From an uncultured Chloroflexia bacterium (GTDB taxonomy: Bacteria; Chloroflexota; Chloroflexia; QHBQ01; JADMIH01), in assembly GCA_963797095.1 (NCBI GenBank), contig CAWCNY010000002.1, forward strand, positions 320,001 to 384,000: 64,000 nucleotides of DNA, given 5' to 3'. Under the pieces are notes generated by a model. That model was given only the letters and a program-made list of their open reading frames with translations. It made no database searches and had not been told where the DNA came from. Made by a program: the position numbers and the translations under genes. Below are positions 41,931 to 51,716 of the stretch, in pieces; within the stretch, counting starts at the first letter, position 1; each line of letters begins with the position of its first letter.

Positions 41931-43205
41931 TCACACGTTGCCGTCTTGCCTGCTGTTGTCGTCTATTGCTTGGGCATCGAGGTCGTCGGCGTCGTTGGAT
42001 AGTTTCGGAGTGTCGGCCAGGTCTTCGCCCGGTAGGGAGGGCGAGGAGGCCGATTCGATGCCGGTGTTGTCGTCTGCGCTGCCCATGCTGGTGCTGTTAT
42101 ACGCACCACCGGAGACCATGCCTCCGCCTGTGGCGAAATCGTCTGCCCGGTCGCTCATTGGTGGTGTAGGGCTAGCGCCCGCGTCTGTTGTGCCTGAGCC
42201 TGAGGCGGCCGGTGGCATGCCTGCTCTGCCAGAAGATGGCTTAGGCATATCCGGGGCCGGTGGAGGGGCGGTCATTCCTCCTGATTGCGCGCCTTCCTGA
42301 TTGGACCAGGGTGAGGGCGCTGAGGGCCACTGGTCGATGGGTGGCACCTCGTCCATGCGTCCCACCTGGCTTGAGGCTTCGGCTCGCGGTGTCTCAGGCT
42401 TGTCCTGCGCCGTGCCCATGCCGGTTGCACCGCCGCTCATATCACCTGCGCCCGTGCCCTGGACTCGTGCCATATCGCCGCCTGTCTGCGGTGGCATAGG
42501 CATGGTGGGCGTGCCTGTGGGTGATGTGCCGATTGTGGAGGGAGGGGCAGGCGGAGCCATGTAGGGCGCGCCTGTGGAGGGTGTTTCGGCTGACGGCGGG
42601 GCCATAGGAGGAGGGGGCGGGGCCATACTCTGGTTGAGATCGCTCATCATACTGTTGTATTCGTCCTGGGGCAGGCCGCGCCCTGTGCTGATGAAGTCCT
42701 GGCGCTGGTTGAGGCGCAGGTTTAGCTCATCGACCTCGCCGGAGAGGCGGTTGAGCGCCGCAGGCACGTCGCCCTTGTCGGTGTCCATCACAGCAGATTC
42801 GAGCGCGCTTATGGCCGACGAAACTTGATCGACGCCCGCTGTAAGGGCCATATCGAATGCATAGAGTTGATCCAGGTCTTGTTCTTCGACCTTTACGGGG
42901 TCGAAAAGGCCGGTGTAGCCGTAGGTGGCGGTGTTGAGTTTGTCGATAAATCGCTGGAGCACTCCCGCGATCCTGTCCACTTCAGCAATATATTCAAGGT
43001 TCTTGCCGCGAACCATCCCCTGCTGCACGCGGGTGAGGCGGGCGCGCCCCTCTGAGTACTGGTGCGCCAGGTATGTGCGGAGCAATTTGTCCGCGTCTCT
43101 CCGCCGCTCGCGCTCCATATACCCGTTGAAGCCGGGTATGATGCCCGCGATCTTGTGGAGAAAATCGTTGGGCTTGTCACCCATCACCCTGTTGCGAATA
43201 TCCAT
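41931..43205 (-). CDS. Hypothetical protein: helical N-terminal domain plus long Pro/Gly-rich disordered tail
   Basis: RBS AGGAGGT; IPGF.GY..RERRR.ADKLLR and A.YGY.G.FD.VK motifs; same strand as and upstream of pspA. Confidence 0.7.
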   Translation of the reverse strand: MDIRNRVMGDKPNDFLHKIAGIIPGFNGYMERERRRDADKLLRTYLAHQYSEGRARLTRVQQGMVRGKNLEYIAEVDRIAGVLQRFIDKLNTATYGYTGLFDPVKVEEQDLDQLYAFDMALTAGVDQVSSAISALESAVMDTDKGDVPAALNRLSGEVDELNLRLNQRQDFISTGRGLPQDEYNSMMSDLNQSMAPPPPPMAPPSAETPSTGAPYMAPPAPPSTIGTSPTGTPTMPMPPQTGGDMARVQGTGAGDMSGGATGMGTAQDKPETPRAEASSQVGRMDEVPPIDQWPSAPSPWSNQEGAQSGGMTAPPPAPDMPKPSSGRAGMPPAASGSGTTDAGASPTPPMSDRADDFATGGGMVSGGAYNSTSMGSADDNTGIESASSPSLPGEDLADTPKLSNDADDLDAQAIDDNSRQDGNV

Positions 43206-43393
43206 CATGACCTCCTGTTCGAGTTTCCAGTGCCGCGCAACGTGCTTTGCGTAGTACATTATGCGTTACTGTAGCTCGTAAACGCATTTCGCACTCCGCG
43301 TTAAGCTCGATATGTTAGTTAATCTACGCGGAGGGCGCAGTCCGATAGCAATTATACATATATGCCCCCGTGATAGCTACATCCATAATCCTT

Positions 43394-43420
43394 TACGAAA
43401 CGGAAATGCAATTGGTTGCA
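43394..43420 (-). promoter_or_regulatory. ECF (SigW-like) promoter
   Basis: TGCAAC-N17-CGTA on the minus strand. Confidence 0.55.
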
Positions 43421-43734
43421 TTTTGACCGGCTTTGCTACCGTGTGGAGGGGGGAATAAGGGGCAACTCCCGCCACCCTAAGGCTTTCAACGGCAGGTTTT
43501 TCATTAGGACCCACTGGTGAGTGCAGGCTAACACCCCTCGCCCCCGGCCCCTCTCCCCATAAAATGGGGAGAGGGGTCTAAAAAGAAGAAGTAGAGTTAG
43601 GGGGACACCCCAAACCCCCTGTGAGGGGAGTACCCCTGCACCCCCTTCTGAGTTGGGTAGCAGAAGTAGAACCCCTCACCCCCTGCCCCGCCTCCTTCAT
43701 CGGCACCCCGCGTTCGGGGAGAGGGGAGTTAATC

Positions 43735-44876
43735 ACTCACCTTACGCAGCCAGGCGAACAGGTTGAAGTTGGCGGAAGGTATCAAAGGCAACCTGCATGG
43801 CACGCAAGTAGATAGTGCTCTTTAGAGCAAAGTGGTTGAGATGATTGGACAGCTTCAACAATTCGAGCTTGACGTACCCACACAAAGAGGCAAACAAATG
43901 GTTGGTCTGGGTGCACACTGTGTGAGTTGGCGAGCGTTCCAAAGAAGCATTCTGCTTCAGCGACTTGTGATACTCTTCCACGTTCCACCGTCTCTGGTAG
44001 ATTGTGGTGATTTGGTCGAAGGTGCATGTCACATCCGAGCACACCAGATACTGGGTGATTTGACCACCATCTTCGTTTGCGAAGAGTTGCTTGACCAATA
44101 TCAAGGGGAAGTCTATCCCTTCAAGATAGACCGTCCGCACCTCACCCGTCTCCAGCGGCACACTGTCCACACGCATGTACCGACCCTGTCGTTTGTCTCC
44201 CTCGGTAAAGGCCACCTTGCGGTTGGTCTTGAGAGGCATGATGAAATCCCCCTCCAATTCGACTTTGACGAAGCGCATATTGTCCGCCGAGGCATACCAC
44301 ACGTCATTGAGCACGAAGTTGAGTACGAAGCGGAACAACACTTGGTTGTGCTTGGCTTGCCGCAACAACGCCTGATAGTGCTCGTTCTTACTGACCGGAT
44401 CACGCCGCTTGGTTTTGCCGTCTTTAGGGTCCACATACTGCTCGGTCTTTCTTACCAACCGAAAACCCACGGGCAGCGACACCTCCAACTCAGGCACATG
44501 GTACAAGGCCGAGAGGAAGTTTATCCCCTTGACCGTTGTGCCTTTGGAGTGGTCATAGTGCCAGGCGATGATGTCGTTCTCATCTGTGTACGGCTTCTCC
44601 GAGATGGAGTCGTCCACGATGATGCACCCATCTTCTTGCTCAACGGCTCGCACATGAGGCTTGACAAAATGCCACAGGTCAGCAGAGGTGAACTCTCCCT
44701 TGGAGAGGAAGCGTTGAATGGGGTCATGGCTCACGCTTCCACTCAGCAATGCGCTCAAGCCCGTGCCGGTGGTCAGACCGAAAGAGCTTATCAGGTAGTC
44801 AGTGTACAGATCAAGCAGTTCTTTGTTCGTCATCCCTTTAGTCTACCATTCAACACTTCGGCTGCGTAAGGTGAGT
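43735..44876 (-). mobile_element. IS701-family insertion sequence
   Basis: Perfect 17-bp TIRs ACTCACCTTACGCAGCC (43735-43751 / 44860-44876) flank the transposase. Confidence 0.9.
43742..44833 (-). CDS. IS701-family DDE transposase
   Basis: IVDDS..EK, DVWYAS, K.NR and Y..RW.VEEYHK.LKQ motifs. Confidence 0.9.
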   Translation of the reverse strand: MTNKELLDLYTDYLISSFGLTTGTGLSALLSGSVSHDPIQRFLSKGEFTSADLWHFVKPHVRAVEQEDGCIIVDDSISEKPYTDENDIIAWHYDHSKGTTVKGINFLSALYHVPELEVSLPVGFRLVRKTEQYVDPKDGKTKRRDPVSKNEHYQALLRQAKHNQVLFRFVLNFVLNDVWYASADNMRFVKVELEGDFIMPLKTNRKVAFTEGDKRQGRYMRVDSVPLETGEVRTVYLEGIDFPLILVKQLFANEDGGQITQYLVCSDVTCTFDQITTIYQRRWNVEEYHKSLKQNASLERSPTHTVCTQTNHLFASLCGYVKLELLKLSNHLNHFALKSTIYLRAMQVAFDTFRQLQPVRLAA

Positions 44877-45067
44877 TAATTAATGGAAAGGAGAGAGTTG
44901 GGGGGACACCCCCAAACCCCCGGCAGGGGAGTACCCCTGCACCCCTTTTAGTTGAGCAGTGGGGAACACCACCTTTGGTAAGGGGTTAGGCTGCAATTGA
45001 AGGCATTGCGAGCATCTGCGGTGGGGCGAGTCATGACTCGCCCTTACAAGCGAAGTTGAATGCTCCC

Positions 45068-47065
45068 TCAGTCGGCTCCACCGCCGCCGCCACCACCGCC
45101 TCCGCCGCCGAAGCCGCCGCCACCACCGCCCCAGCCGCCTCCGCCACCGGAGCCGCTGCTGCTGGGCGTGCTGGTGAGCACGTTGGAGGCAGAGTTGATC
45201 ATGGAGGTGAAGCTATCGGAGAGGCCCTGGATCGCGCCTCCTATGGAGTTGCTCATCCCCTGCATTGCCCCGCCGACATCTAAGCCACCTCCACCTCCGA
45301 CAGGTGCGGTTGGCGTGCCGCCTCCCGTTGAACCCTGGTTCGCACCGCCGTAGTACGGGACCCAACCGTAGGGAATGTAGTAGGTGGGCATGGGCATAGC
45401 GTTGGCTGGCACGCTGTTGAACTGGCTGATGTACTGGCGGTCAACGCCGAGGGCCACAGCGTAGGGTAGGTATTGTTGGAACTTCTGGGCTGCTACTTGC
45501 ACGTTACCTTGCGTGTACTGCTGGATGCTTTGCAGATAGCGCTGGAATGCCCTCCACTTCTCGGCTTCTTCGGAGCCGAAGTCAGTCTTGCGGGGCATGA
45601 CCCTCGCCATCATTATTCGCACCACGCCCACCAGGCCAAGACCGAAGGCAGGCACGGCCAGCATCTGGCTGTAGGCATCGCCGAAGGTGAGCCACAGGAC
45701 GCCCACTATTATGCCAAGAATGATGATGCCGACGCCAATGCCCCTGTGGCGCGCTCGCACGGTCTCAGGGTTTTCGGGGAAGTACTTCAGCCTTACCATC
45801 TCTCTGTACATGCTGCTGTATATAGGCGGGAGGCTGGAATAGAAGCTGTTCTTGAGGTCGGAGAGGTTGATAGACTGGCCTTTCTTGAAGAGGGCGTTGA
45901 GGACCAGGCGCTCGAAGTCGTACTGGGTGTTGTTGCCTGTCTGGGTGTATGTGAAGTCTTTGTTGCCGCCGAAGCCGAGGAACCCGGCAGACTGGGTTTC
46001 AGCAATTGTCAGATTGCCCTTCTTGCCCATATCTACGATAGTGGCAATCACATCGCGCACGTCGGCGGACTCGTCGAGGAGGGTGCCCACCAGGCCGGGT
46101 GGCAGGTCGCTGGGGGGGTCGGCCAGGTAATCGATGGGGAGCTTGACGGGCTTATCGCGACCGGCAGTGTACCAGTGCCTGATGGTCAACAGGATGCCGC
46201 CTATGGTTATGAGTAGGCCGAGCAAAAGGACGCCCAACTCAACGAAGGGGCGTATGGTGCTGTCATATTGGGCCTGCCTCTGGCGGGCAGCCTCGGCGTC
46301 TTTCTCTTGCTGGTCCACTCTTTCCTGCCAGGAAGGCTTGACAGGGGAGAGTATGCCCTTGGGTATTTGCGCGCCGATCTCGAAACCGGCGCTCAGGCTG
46401 TTGTTGGCGGTCCATATGATCTTGTTGTCGACCTGGCGCACCTCGGCGCTGTTGGGGGATTGGTTGGTCTTCCAGCCCGCGGTGCTGGTGGCGCTTGGGA
46501 AGGTTACTTCGGCCCTGCTGGCGTAGACAGGTGCTTGCCAGCCGGGAGGCACGGCGTACCAGTCGAACTCGTCGCGGTCGTCATAGACGCGGATCGCGCC
46601 TGAGGCGTGGTAGGAGACGCGGAAAGTGCGGGTGGCATGCGAGGTGTCGCCGAATATCCAGCGTATCCTCAGGAGGGAGCCGGTGTTTTCGGTGCCGTAG
46701 GTTTGAGATGCAGCAGAGTCGGCGTCGTCATCGCCGTTGAACGCCGTTTGCTTGTAAGGGATGTAGGTGTTGCCTTTAACCTCGTCTACTTTTACACCGC
46801 TTATGCCATCTACTTTGTCGAGGTCTATTTCTCGCAGTCCCCGCTTGAATGTACCGCTCTCGAAGACGTAGGTGAGGAACTCTTGCACGTCGAGGGAGCC
46901 ATCATCGTTGACGGTGATGTCTGAGTCGTAGCGGTCCATGTGATACTGCTTCTCCTGGGCATAAGCGCGTGCAGGAGCGCCGAGCACCGCCAACGCGGGC
47001 AGGACGATGGCTCCCAGCAGGAGAAGTAAGAGGGGAATTGAAAATCGCTTCCTGAAACTAAACAT
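45068..47065 (-). CDS. DUF2207 (YciQ-like) membrane protein
   Basis: Signal peptide, extracellular domain, PPSDLPPG.VG, YLPYAVALG, Gly-rich C-terminus. Confidence 0.88.
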   Translation of the reverse strand: MFSFRKRFSIPLLLLLLGAIVLPALAVLGAPARAYAQEKQYHMDRYDSDITVNDDGSLDVQEFLTYVFESGTFKRGLREIDLDKVDGISGVKVDEVKGNTYIPYKQTAFNGDDDADSAASQTYGTENTGSLLRIRWIFGDTSHATRTFRVSYHASGAIRVYDDRDEFDWYAVPPGWQAPVYASRAEVTFPSATSTAGWKTNQSPNSAEVRQVDNKIIWTANNSLSAGFEIGAQIPKGILSPVKPSWQERVDQQEKDAEAARQRQAQYDSTIRPFVELGVLLLGLLITIGGILLTIRHWYTAGRDKPVKLPIDYLADPPSDLPPGLVGTLLDESADVRDVIATIVDMGKKGNLTIAETQSAGFLGFGGNKDFTYTQTGNNTQYDFERLVLNALFKKGQSINLSDLKNSFYSSLPPIYSSMYREMVRLKYFPENPETVRARHRGIGVGIIILGIIVGVLWLTFGDAYSQMLAVPAFGLGLVGVVRIMMARVMPRKTDFGSEEAEKWRAFQRYLQSIQQYTQGNVQVAAQKFQQYLPYAVALGVDRQYISQFNSVPANAMPMPTYYIPYGWVPYYGGANQGSTGGGTPTAPVGGGGGLDVGGAMQGMSNSIGGAIQGLSDSFTSMINSASNVLTSTPSSSGSGGGGGWGGGGGGFGGGGGGGGGGGAD

Positions 47066-47154
47066 TACACACCCTCTCTATTGAAACGAATGTAAGTGAA
47101 ATACCTGAGAAACGCCCCAGGGATCGGGATCACCGCATCGCGAACGCGTTAGCG

Positions 47155-47799
47155 TTAGCTCTGGGCGGGTGGGGTGGGCTGCGACGGCGGTGCTGCGGGC
47201 GGCGTGGGTGGGGGAGGCGGTTGCGATGGGGAAGGGACCGGCTGCGTGGGTGGGGCCGGGGTGGCGGTTTGGGCCGACTTGGGGATGAAGAACTCAGCAC
47301 CGCAATACTCGCACCGGATCACTCCTTTGCCGCCCACGACCTGTGGAGCGCCGCAGTTGGGGCATTTGCCCGTGATCACCGCCTGGTTGATAACGGCAGC
47401 GTCAGCCGAGACGAGCTTGCCGCCCTTCCAGTCTACATATCCGGTAAAGAGACCTTTGCCGACGAGGTCGTACAGGGCGTTCTTCACCTGGTCCAGGGTC
47501 ATGCCGGTTTCAAGGGCGACGTTGCCGAGCTGCACGGTGCCCTGGGTGGCGACCATGTTAAGTATCTTCTTCTGCTTCTCTACTTCAGCGAATTGGCCGG
47601 CTTCGGTCCTGCCTTGCATTGTGAACCATACACCAAAGCCTGCTATTACAGCGGCGGGTACAACACAGAAAGCGATTCCGAGGGTCTTGGCAGCGGAGTC
47701 GGTGGCTGTGTTGGTGGCGAAATAGGCTATACCAAGTACGGCAACGAGCACGCCTATGCCGATCAAAATCATGCCAATGGTACGTCCAGAGCCGATCAT
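47155..47799 (-). CDS. Two-TM protein with winged-helix-like and Zn-ribbon domains
   Basis: Two TM segments; V.L..VA...G.T..QV...LY.LV..G.F.GYVDW; CPNCG...CEYCG; Pro-rich tail. Confidence 0.65.
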   Translation of the reverse strand: MIGSGRTIGMILIGIGVLVAVLGIAYFATNTATDSAAKTLGIAFCVVPAAVIAGFGVWFTMQGRTEAGQFAEVEKQKKILNMVATQGTVQLGNVALETGMTLDQVKNALYDLVGKGLFTGYVDWKGGKLVSADAAVINQAVITGKCPNCGAPQVVGGKGVIRCEYCGAEFFIPKSAQTATPAPPTQPVPSPSQPPPPPTPPAAPPSQPTPPAQS

Positions 47800-47873
47800 G
47801 CTTACTCACCTCCAAAAGGATGGTCAATCAAGGGGGTCGTCCCTCAGGATAGCGTATCAGAGCTACTCGTATA

Positions 47874-47899
47874 TACGCACGCGTTCTGCCCCGGTTTCG
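47874..47899 (-). promoter_or_regulatory. ECF (SigW-like) promoter
   Basis: CGAAAC-N16-CGTA on the minus strand. Confidence 0.6.
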
Positions 47900-47983
47900 C
47901 ACGCACAAAACGGACCCTGGATGGGGAGAAAGCGTACGAGGCAACTATACACTATGGACGCGGGAAATGTCTATTTTGGAAAT

Positions 47984-49423
47984 CTAGCTGTGCTTTTTGC
48001 CCAGGCCCTGGCGCTGTCTGCGGGGTTGGTCTTGCTTGAAGGCGGCCCAGGGGTCGTTGCTCCACTCTAGCTCGGTCTGGCCTATCATTACGGTGTCTTC
48101 GGACTCTATGCCTTCGTCGCGCAGGGCCTGGGTGATTTTCATCCTCTCAAGCTCTCGCTGGAGGCGTTCGAGGGCGAAGGGATTGCCCATGTCGGTCATC
48201 GAAACGAGGCGCTCGATGCGCTCGCCGCTCACTCGCCAGCGATGTTTGGTCTCGCGCTTGACTTCGAACTGGGCGGATTCTCCTGCTACATAGCGAGGCC
48301 TGACTCTTACCTCGGCTTCTTCGTCGTCGCCTTCCGGGGTGGGTTCGATCTCCCATTCAGGTTTGGGCAGTTCTCTGAGTTTGGCCGCTACCGCCCGCAA
48401 GAGGTCTTGCACGCCTTCGCCTGTGGCCGCAGAGATGGGGAAGGTTCCGTAACCTAATTCGGCGAATTGTTGCTGAAGGGTGGGGAGCCTGTCGCGCACT
48501 TCCTGCAAGTCGATCTTGTTGATGGCTACTATCTGAGGTTTGGAGGCCAGTTCTGGGTCGTACTGCTTAAGCTCCTCGTTGATGCGGTTGAAGTCCTCGA
48601 TAGGGTTGGTGGTCTGGGCGACGTGCGCGCCCTCGGTGGTGATGTCGCCCCACAGGCCGGCAGAGCCATCAACGACATGCACAAGAAGGCGGGTGCGCTC
48701 GACATGGCGGAGAAATTCGAGGCCAAGCCCGGCGCCGCCGCTTGCGCCCTCGATGAGGCCGGGTATGTCGGCCATAACGAAGGAATCGTCGTCAATGCTC
48801 ACAACGCCTAGCATTGGTTGGAGGGTTGTGAAGGGGTAGTCAGCGATCTTGGGTTGCGCGGCTGTGACCACCGAAAGGAGGGTGGACTTGCCCACGTTTG
48901 GATAGCCTACCAAGCCCACGTCGGCTATCACTTTAAGCTCCATTGTGACCAGCCGCTCTTGTCCAGGCTCGCCTTTCTCGGCGAAGCGTGGGGCCTGGTG
49001 GGTGGAGGTGGCGAAGTGGGTATTGCCGAGGCCGCCACGCCCGCCACGGGCTACAAGGAGGGTTTCGCCGGGTACGAGGAGGTCGGCCTGCACCGCTTCG
49101 GCGGCTGCCCCCGATATGGGCTTCTCGTCGATGACTTCTACGAAGGTGCCTGGTGGCACGTCTATGTAGAGGTCCTGGGCGGCCTTGCCGTGCTTCTGGT
49201 TGCCCCCACCATTGCCGCCATGAGACGCTTTGAAGTGCTGCTTGTAGTGGAACGGCAGGAGGGTGTTGAGGTCGGGATTGACGCGCAGGTAGACGCTGCC
49301 GCCGCGCCCGCCGTCGCCGCCGTCGGGGCCGCCCTTAGGGATGTATTTCTCTCGCCGGAAGGAGGCGCTGCCATTGCCGCCATTTCCGGCTTTTACGTTG
49401 ATTTTTGCTCGATCGTAGAACAT
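47984..49423 (-). CDS. obgE: GTPase ObgE/CgtA
   Basis: FRREKYIPKGGPDGGDGG, G.PNVGKST, YPFTT, DIPG and NKID motifs; C-terminal OCT domain. Confidence 0.97.
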   Translation of the reverse strand: MFYDRAKINVKAGNGGNGSASFRREKYIPKGGPDGGDGGRGGSVYLRVNPDLNTLLPFHYKQHFKASHGGNGGGNQKHGKAAQDLYIDVPPGTFVEVIDEKPISGAAAEAVQADLLVPGETLLVARGGRGGLGNTHFATSTHQAPRFAEKGEPGQERLVTMELKVIADVGLVGYPNVGKSTLLSVVTAAQPKIADYPFTTLQPMLGVVSIDDDSFVMADIPGLIEGASGGAGLGLEFLRHVERTRLLVHVVDGSAGLWGDITTEGAHVAQTTNPIEDFNRINEELKQYDPELASKPQIVAINKIDLQEVRDRLPTLQQQFAELGYGTFPISAATGEGVQDLLRAVAAKLRELPKPEWEIEPTPEGDDEEAEVRVRPRYVAGESAQFEVKRETKHRWRVSGERIERLVSMTDMGNPFALERLQRELERMKITQALRDEGIESEDTVMIGQTELEWSNDPWAAFKQDQPRRQRQGLGKKHS

Positions 49424-49561
49424 GGTAGTCGGTAGTCGGTAGTCGGTAGTCGGAGGACGATAGTTCCTGGTTCCTGGTTCCTGGTTACTCGTCACTTGTC
49501 ACTCGTCACTTGTCACTTGTCACTTGTCACTTGTCACTCGTCACTCGTCACTTGTCACTTG
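49424..49561. repeat. Compound heptamer microsatellite (GGTAGTC x4, GTTCCTG x3, about 9 TCACTYG units)
   Basis: Fills the spacer between the NUDIX gene and obgE. Confidence 0.9.
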
Positions 49562-50020
49562 TTATTCGTTGGGCTCCGGGAATTTGGCTTTGAGCTCTGC
49601 CTGGGCTTTCGTTACTATCTGTTTGTCTTTTTCGTAGGTGAGCAAGTTCTGGACCTCATCTAGGGGAACCCAGCGTGCTTCTGAGACTTCCCAGTTGGGT
49701 TTGCCTAGTTCGTTGCTGGTGGCTTCTATCAGGTAATGGTAGACGGTTTTGTGTATCAGGTTGCCGCTGGGTTTGCGGAAGTAGTATTCGACTTTGCCCA
49801 ATGGATGGAGGATGCGGGCATCCAGGCCGGTTTCCTCCTTGATTTCGCGTATGGCTGTCTGCTCTCTGGTTTCCCCGGCCTCGATGTGGCCTTTGGGGAG
49901 GGACCAATCGTCGTGACGTGCTCGCTGGACGGCCACGATTTGCCAGCCTGTGCCACAGGGATTGGGGCGGAAGACGACGCCGCCTGAGCTGTATTCATCT
50001 TTCGTCTCAGGTCTTTTCAT
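49562..50020 (-). CDS. NUDIX hydrolase
   Basis: PKGHIEAGE....A.REIKEETG Nudix box. Confidence 0.92.
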   Translation of the reverse strand: MKRPETKDEYSSGGVVFRPNPCGTGWQIVAVQRARHDDWSLPKGHIEAGETREQTAIREIKEETGLDARILHPLGKVEYYFRKPSGNLIHKTVYHYLIEATSNELGKPNWEVSEARWVPLDEVQNLLTYEKDKQIVTKAQAELKAKFPEPNE

Positions 50021-50688
50021 GTTGTCTTGCTAGTGTGGTCTTCTAGAAGCATAAGCACTTCGCTCATTTGTGTCCACACGTGGTCCGGAGCCAGCCCGTT
50101 CAGGTTGCCCAGCGTGCCCGCGCCCCAGGTGACCCAGGCCGTTTTCATGCCCGCCGCGTGCCCGGCTTCAATGTCGACGCGTGCATCGCCTACGTATATG
50201 GCTTCGCTTGGCTTGATTGCCAGGCGTTGAGCGGCTACCAGCAGAGGGTCGGGCGAGGGCTTGTGTCTGTCGGAGTCCTCCAACGTCACCAGTGTATCGA
50301 AGTAGGGTGCCAGGTCGAACAGATTCAGCCCTTCCAGCGCCGTCCGCAATCGCTTGGCGGTGACCACGCCCAGCATCAGCCCTGCTGCTTTGAGAGCCGA
50401 GAGGGTTTCTTTTGTGCCCGCCACCATCGTCACCATGATGTCGTGCGTCTCGCGCTGGTGTGCCCGGTATACCTGATATAGCTCCTCGCTTCTGCCGGGG
50501 GCGATCTCCTCGAATGCATCATACAATGTTCGCCCCAATGTAGGCAGGATTTCCTCTCGTGTCAACTCGCGGCCAAGACATGTGCGAACCGTGTGCTGCC
50601 AGCAGTCTACAATGTGGTCAACCGAGTTTATGAGGGTGCCGTCGAGGTCGAACAGCACCGCTTTTAGCTTATCCCGGTCACTTTGCAT
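50017..50688 (-). CDS. HAD-IA hydrolase (PpaX/Gph-like)
   Basis: FDLDGTL, KPSP and VGD...D motifs. Confidence 0.9.
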   Translation of the reverse strand: MQSDRDKLKAVLFDLDGTLINSVDHIVDCWQHTVRTCLGRELTREEILPTLGRTLYDAFEEIAPGRSEELYQVYRAHQRETHDIMVTMVAGTKETLSALKAAGLMLGVVTAKRLRTALEGLNLFDLAPYFDTLVTLEDSDRHKPSPDPLLVAAQRLAIKPSEAIYVGDARVDIEAGHAAGMKTAWVTWGAGTLGNLNGLAPDHVWTQMSEVLMLLEDHTSKTT

Positions 50689-51565
50689 GGTTCTTCAGAG
50701 TGCTCTGCCATACCGCTTGAAGGGGTGCGTAGCTGAGTAGGATTAATCCCTCCCGCCGGATTAGCTGGGCGGCTTCGGCGGAGGTAAGAAAATCGTAATC
50801 TGCCTGGCGAAACCCGTTGCCTGTTGGCTCTATCGCTTGTAACTCGGCATTTTGAAGGCCGGGATGGACTGCCCATTCGTTTAACCCTGCGGGCAAATCA
50901 CGCAGCAGTTGAGCATAGATGGCGGGTTGGTCCCTGGGGTCCAGGCTTGAGCTGTCCAGGAAATCGTAATCGTTGCATGGCAAGCCCTGGCCTTGCACTT
51001 TTTCAATCCAGGGGCGACTGAAGACTCGGAGCGCAAGGCCGTATTCTTTCGCCAATCCGAGCATTATATCGAAAATGTCAGTCCTCTGCCCCATGCGTAG
51101 GGAGTGCCAATCGAGATGGGTGGGCTTGAGATTGGCTGCCAGCACTGCTTCGATCTGCGCCCTGAATTCCATTTCAAGCTCATCCAGTTTGACGTGAGCC
51201 AGAAACTCGTGCATGCGCTCGAAGTTGTAGAAATAGCCTGCTTCGTTGATAAGGGAGGGCACTATGTGCCGGGGGGTTAGCGGGCGCCAGGCATAGTTGA
51301 ATGCATCAGAGAGGACTGTAAGGTGAACGCCAAAGGCGATGCCGGGGTTTTGCGCGAGGAAATTCATAGCGTGCAAAGCCCAGGGGCACGGGACCATTAA
51401 GGTCGTGGACTGTGCTATACCCCCAAGGAGGGTGCCGGAAACGGCCGCATTGATGGCATGGCACATTCCGAAATCATCGGCGTTGATGATTAGCAGGCGG
51501 GCATCGTCGGGAAAGCCTAATCGCTTGTTTGTATCGCTTTTGTTCAGGTGGCTCATTGGTGGCAT
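50678..51565 (-). CDS. YdjC/ChbG-family carbohydrate deacetylase
   Basis: LIINADDFG, GVHLT, THLDWH and HPG motifs. Confidence 0.85.
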   Translation of the reverse strand: MPPMSHLNKSDTNKRLGFPDDARLLIINADDFGMCHAINAAVSGTLLGGIAQSTTLMVPCPWALHAMNFLAQNPGIAFGVHLTVLSDAFNYAWRPLTPRHIVPSLINEAGYFYNFERMHEFLAHVKLDELEMEFRAQIEAVLAANLKPTHLDWHSLRMGQRTDIFDIMLGLAKEYGLALRVFSRPWIEKVQGQGLPCNDYDFLDSSSLDPRDQPAIYAQLLRDLPAGLNEWAVHPGLQNAELQAIEPTGNGFRQADYDFLTSAEAAQLIRREGLILLSYAPLQAVWQSTLKNHAK

Positions 51566-51716
51566 TATGACGGACCGGTGACGAGTGACGAGTGGCGAGT
51601 ATGATAGTTGTTCGTGGTTTCGGTTGTTGGCGAAAAGCGAAGGACGAAAGCTTTGGGACGTTGGTCCTTTGTCTTTCGTCCTTGGTTGCCTCCCAGGAAG
51701 GGGAGGAAAGAGTGCG

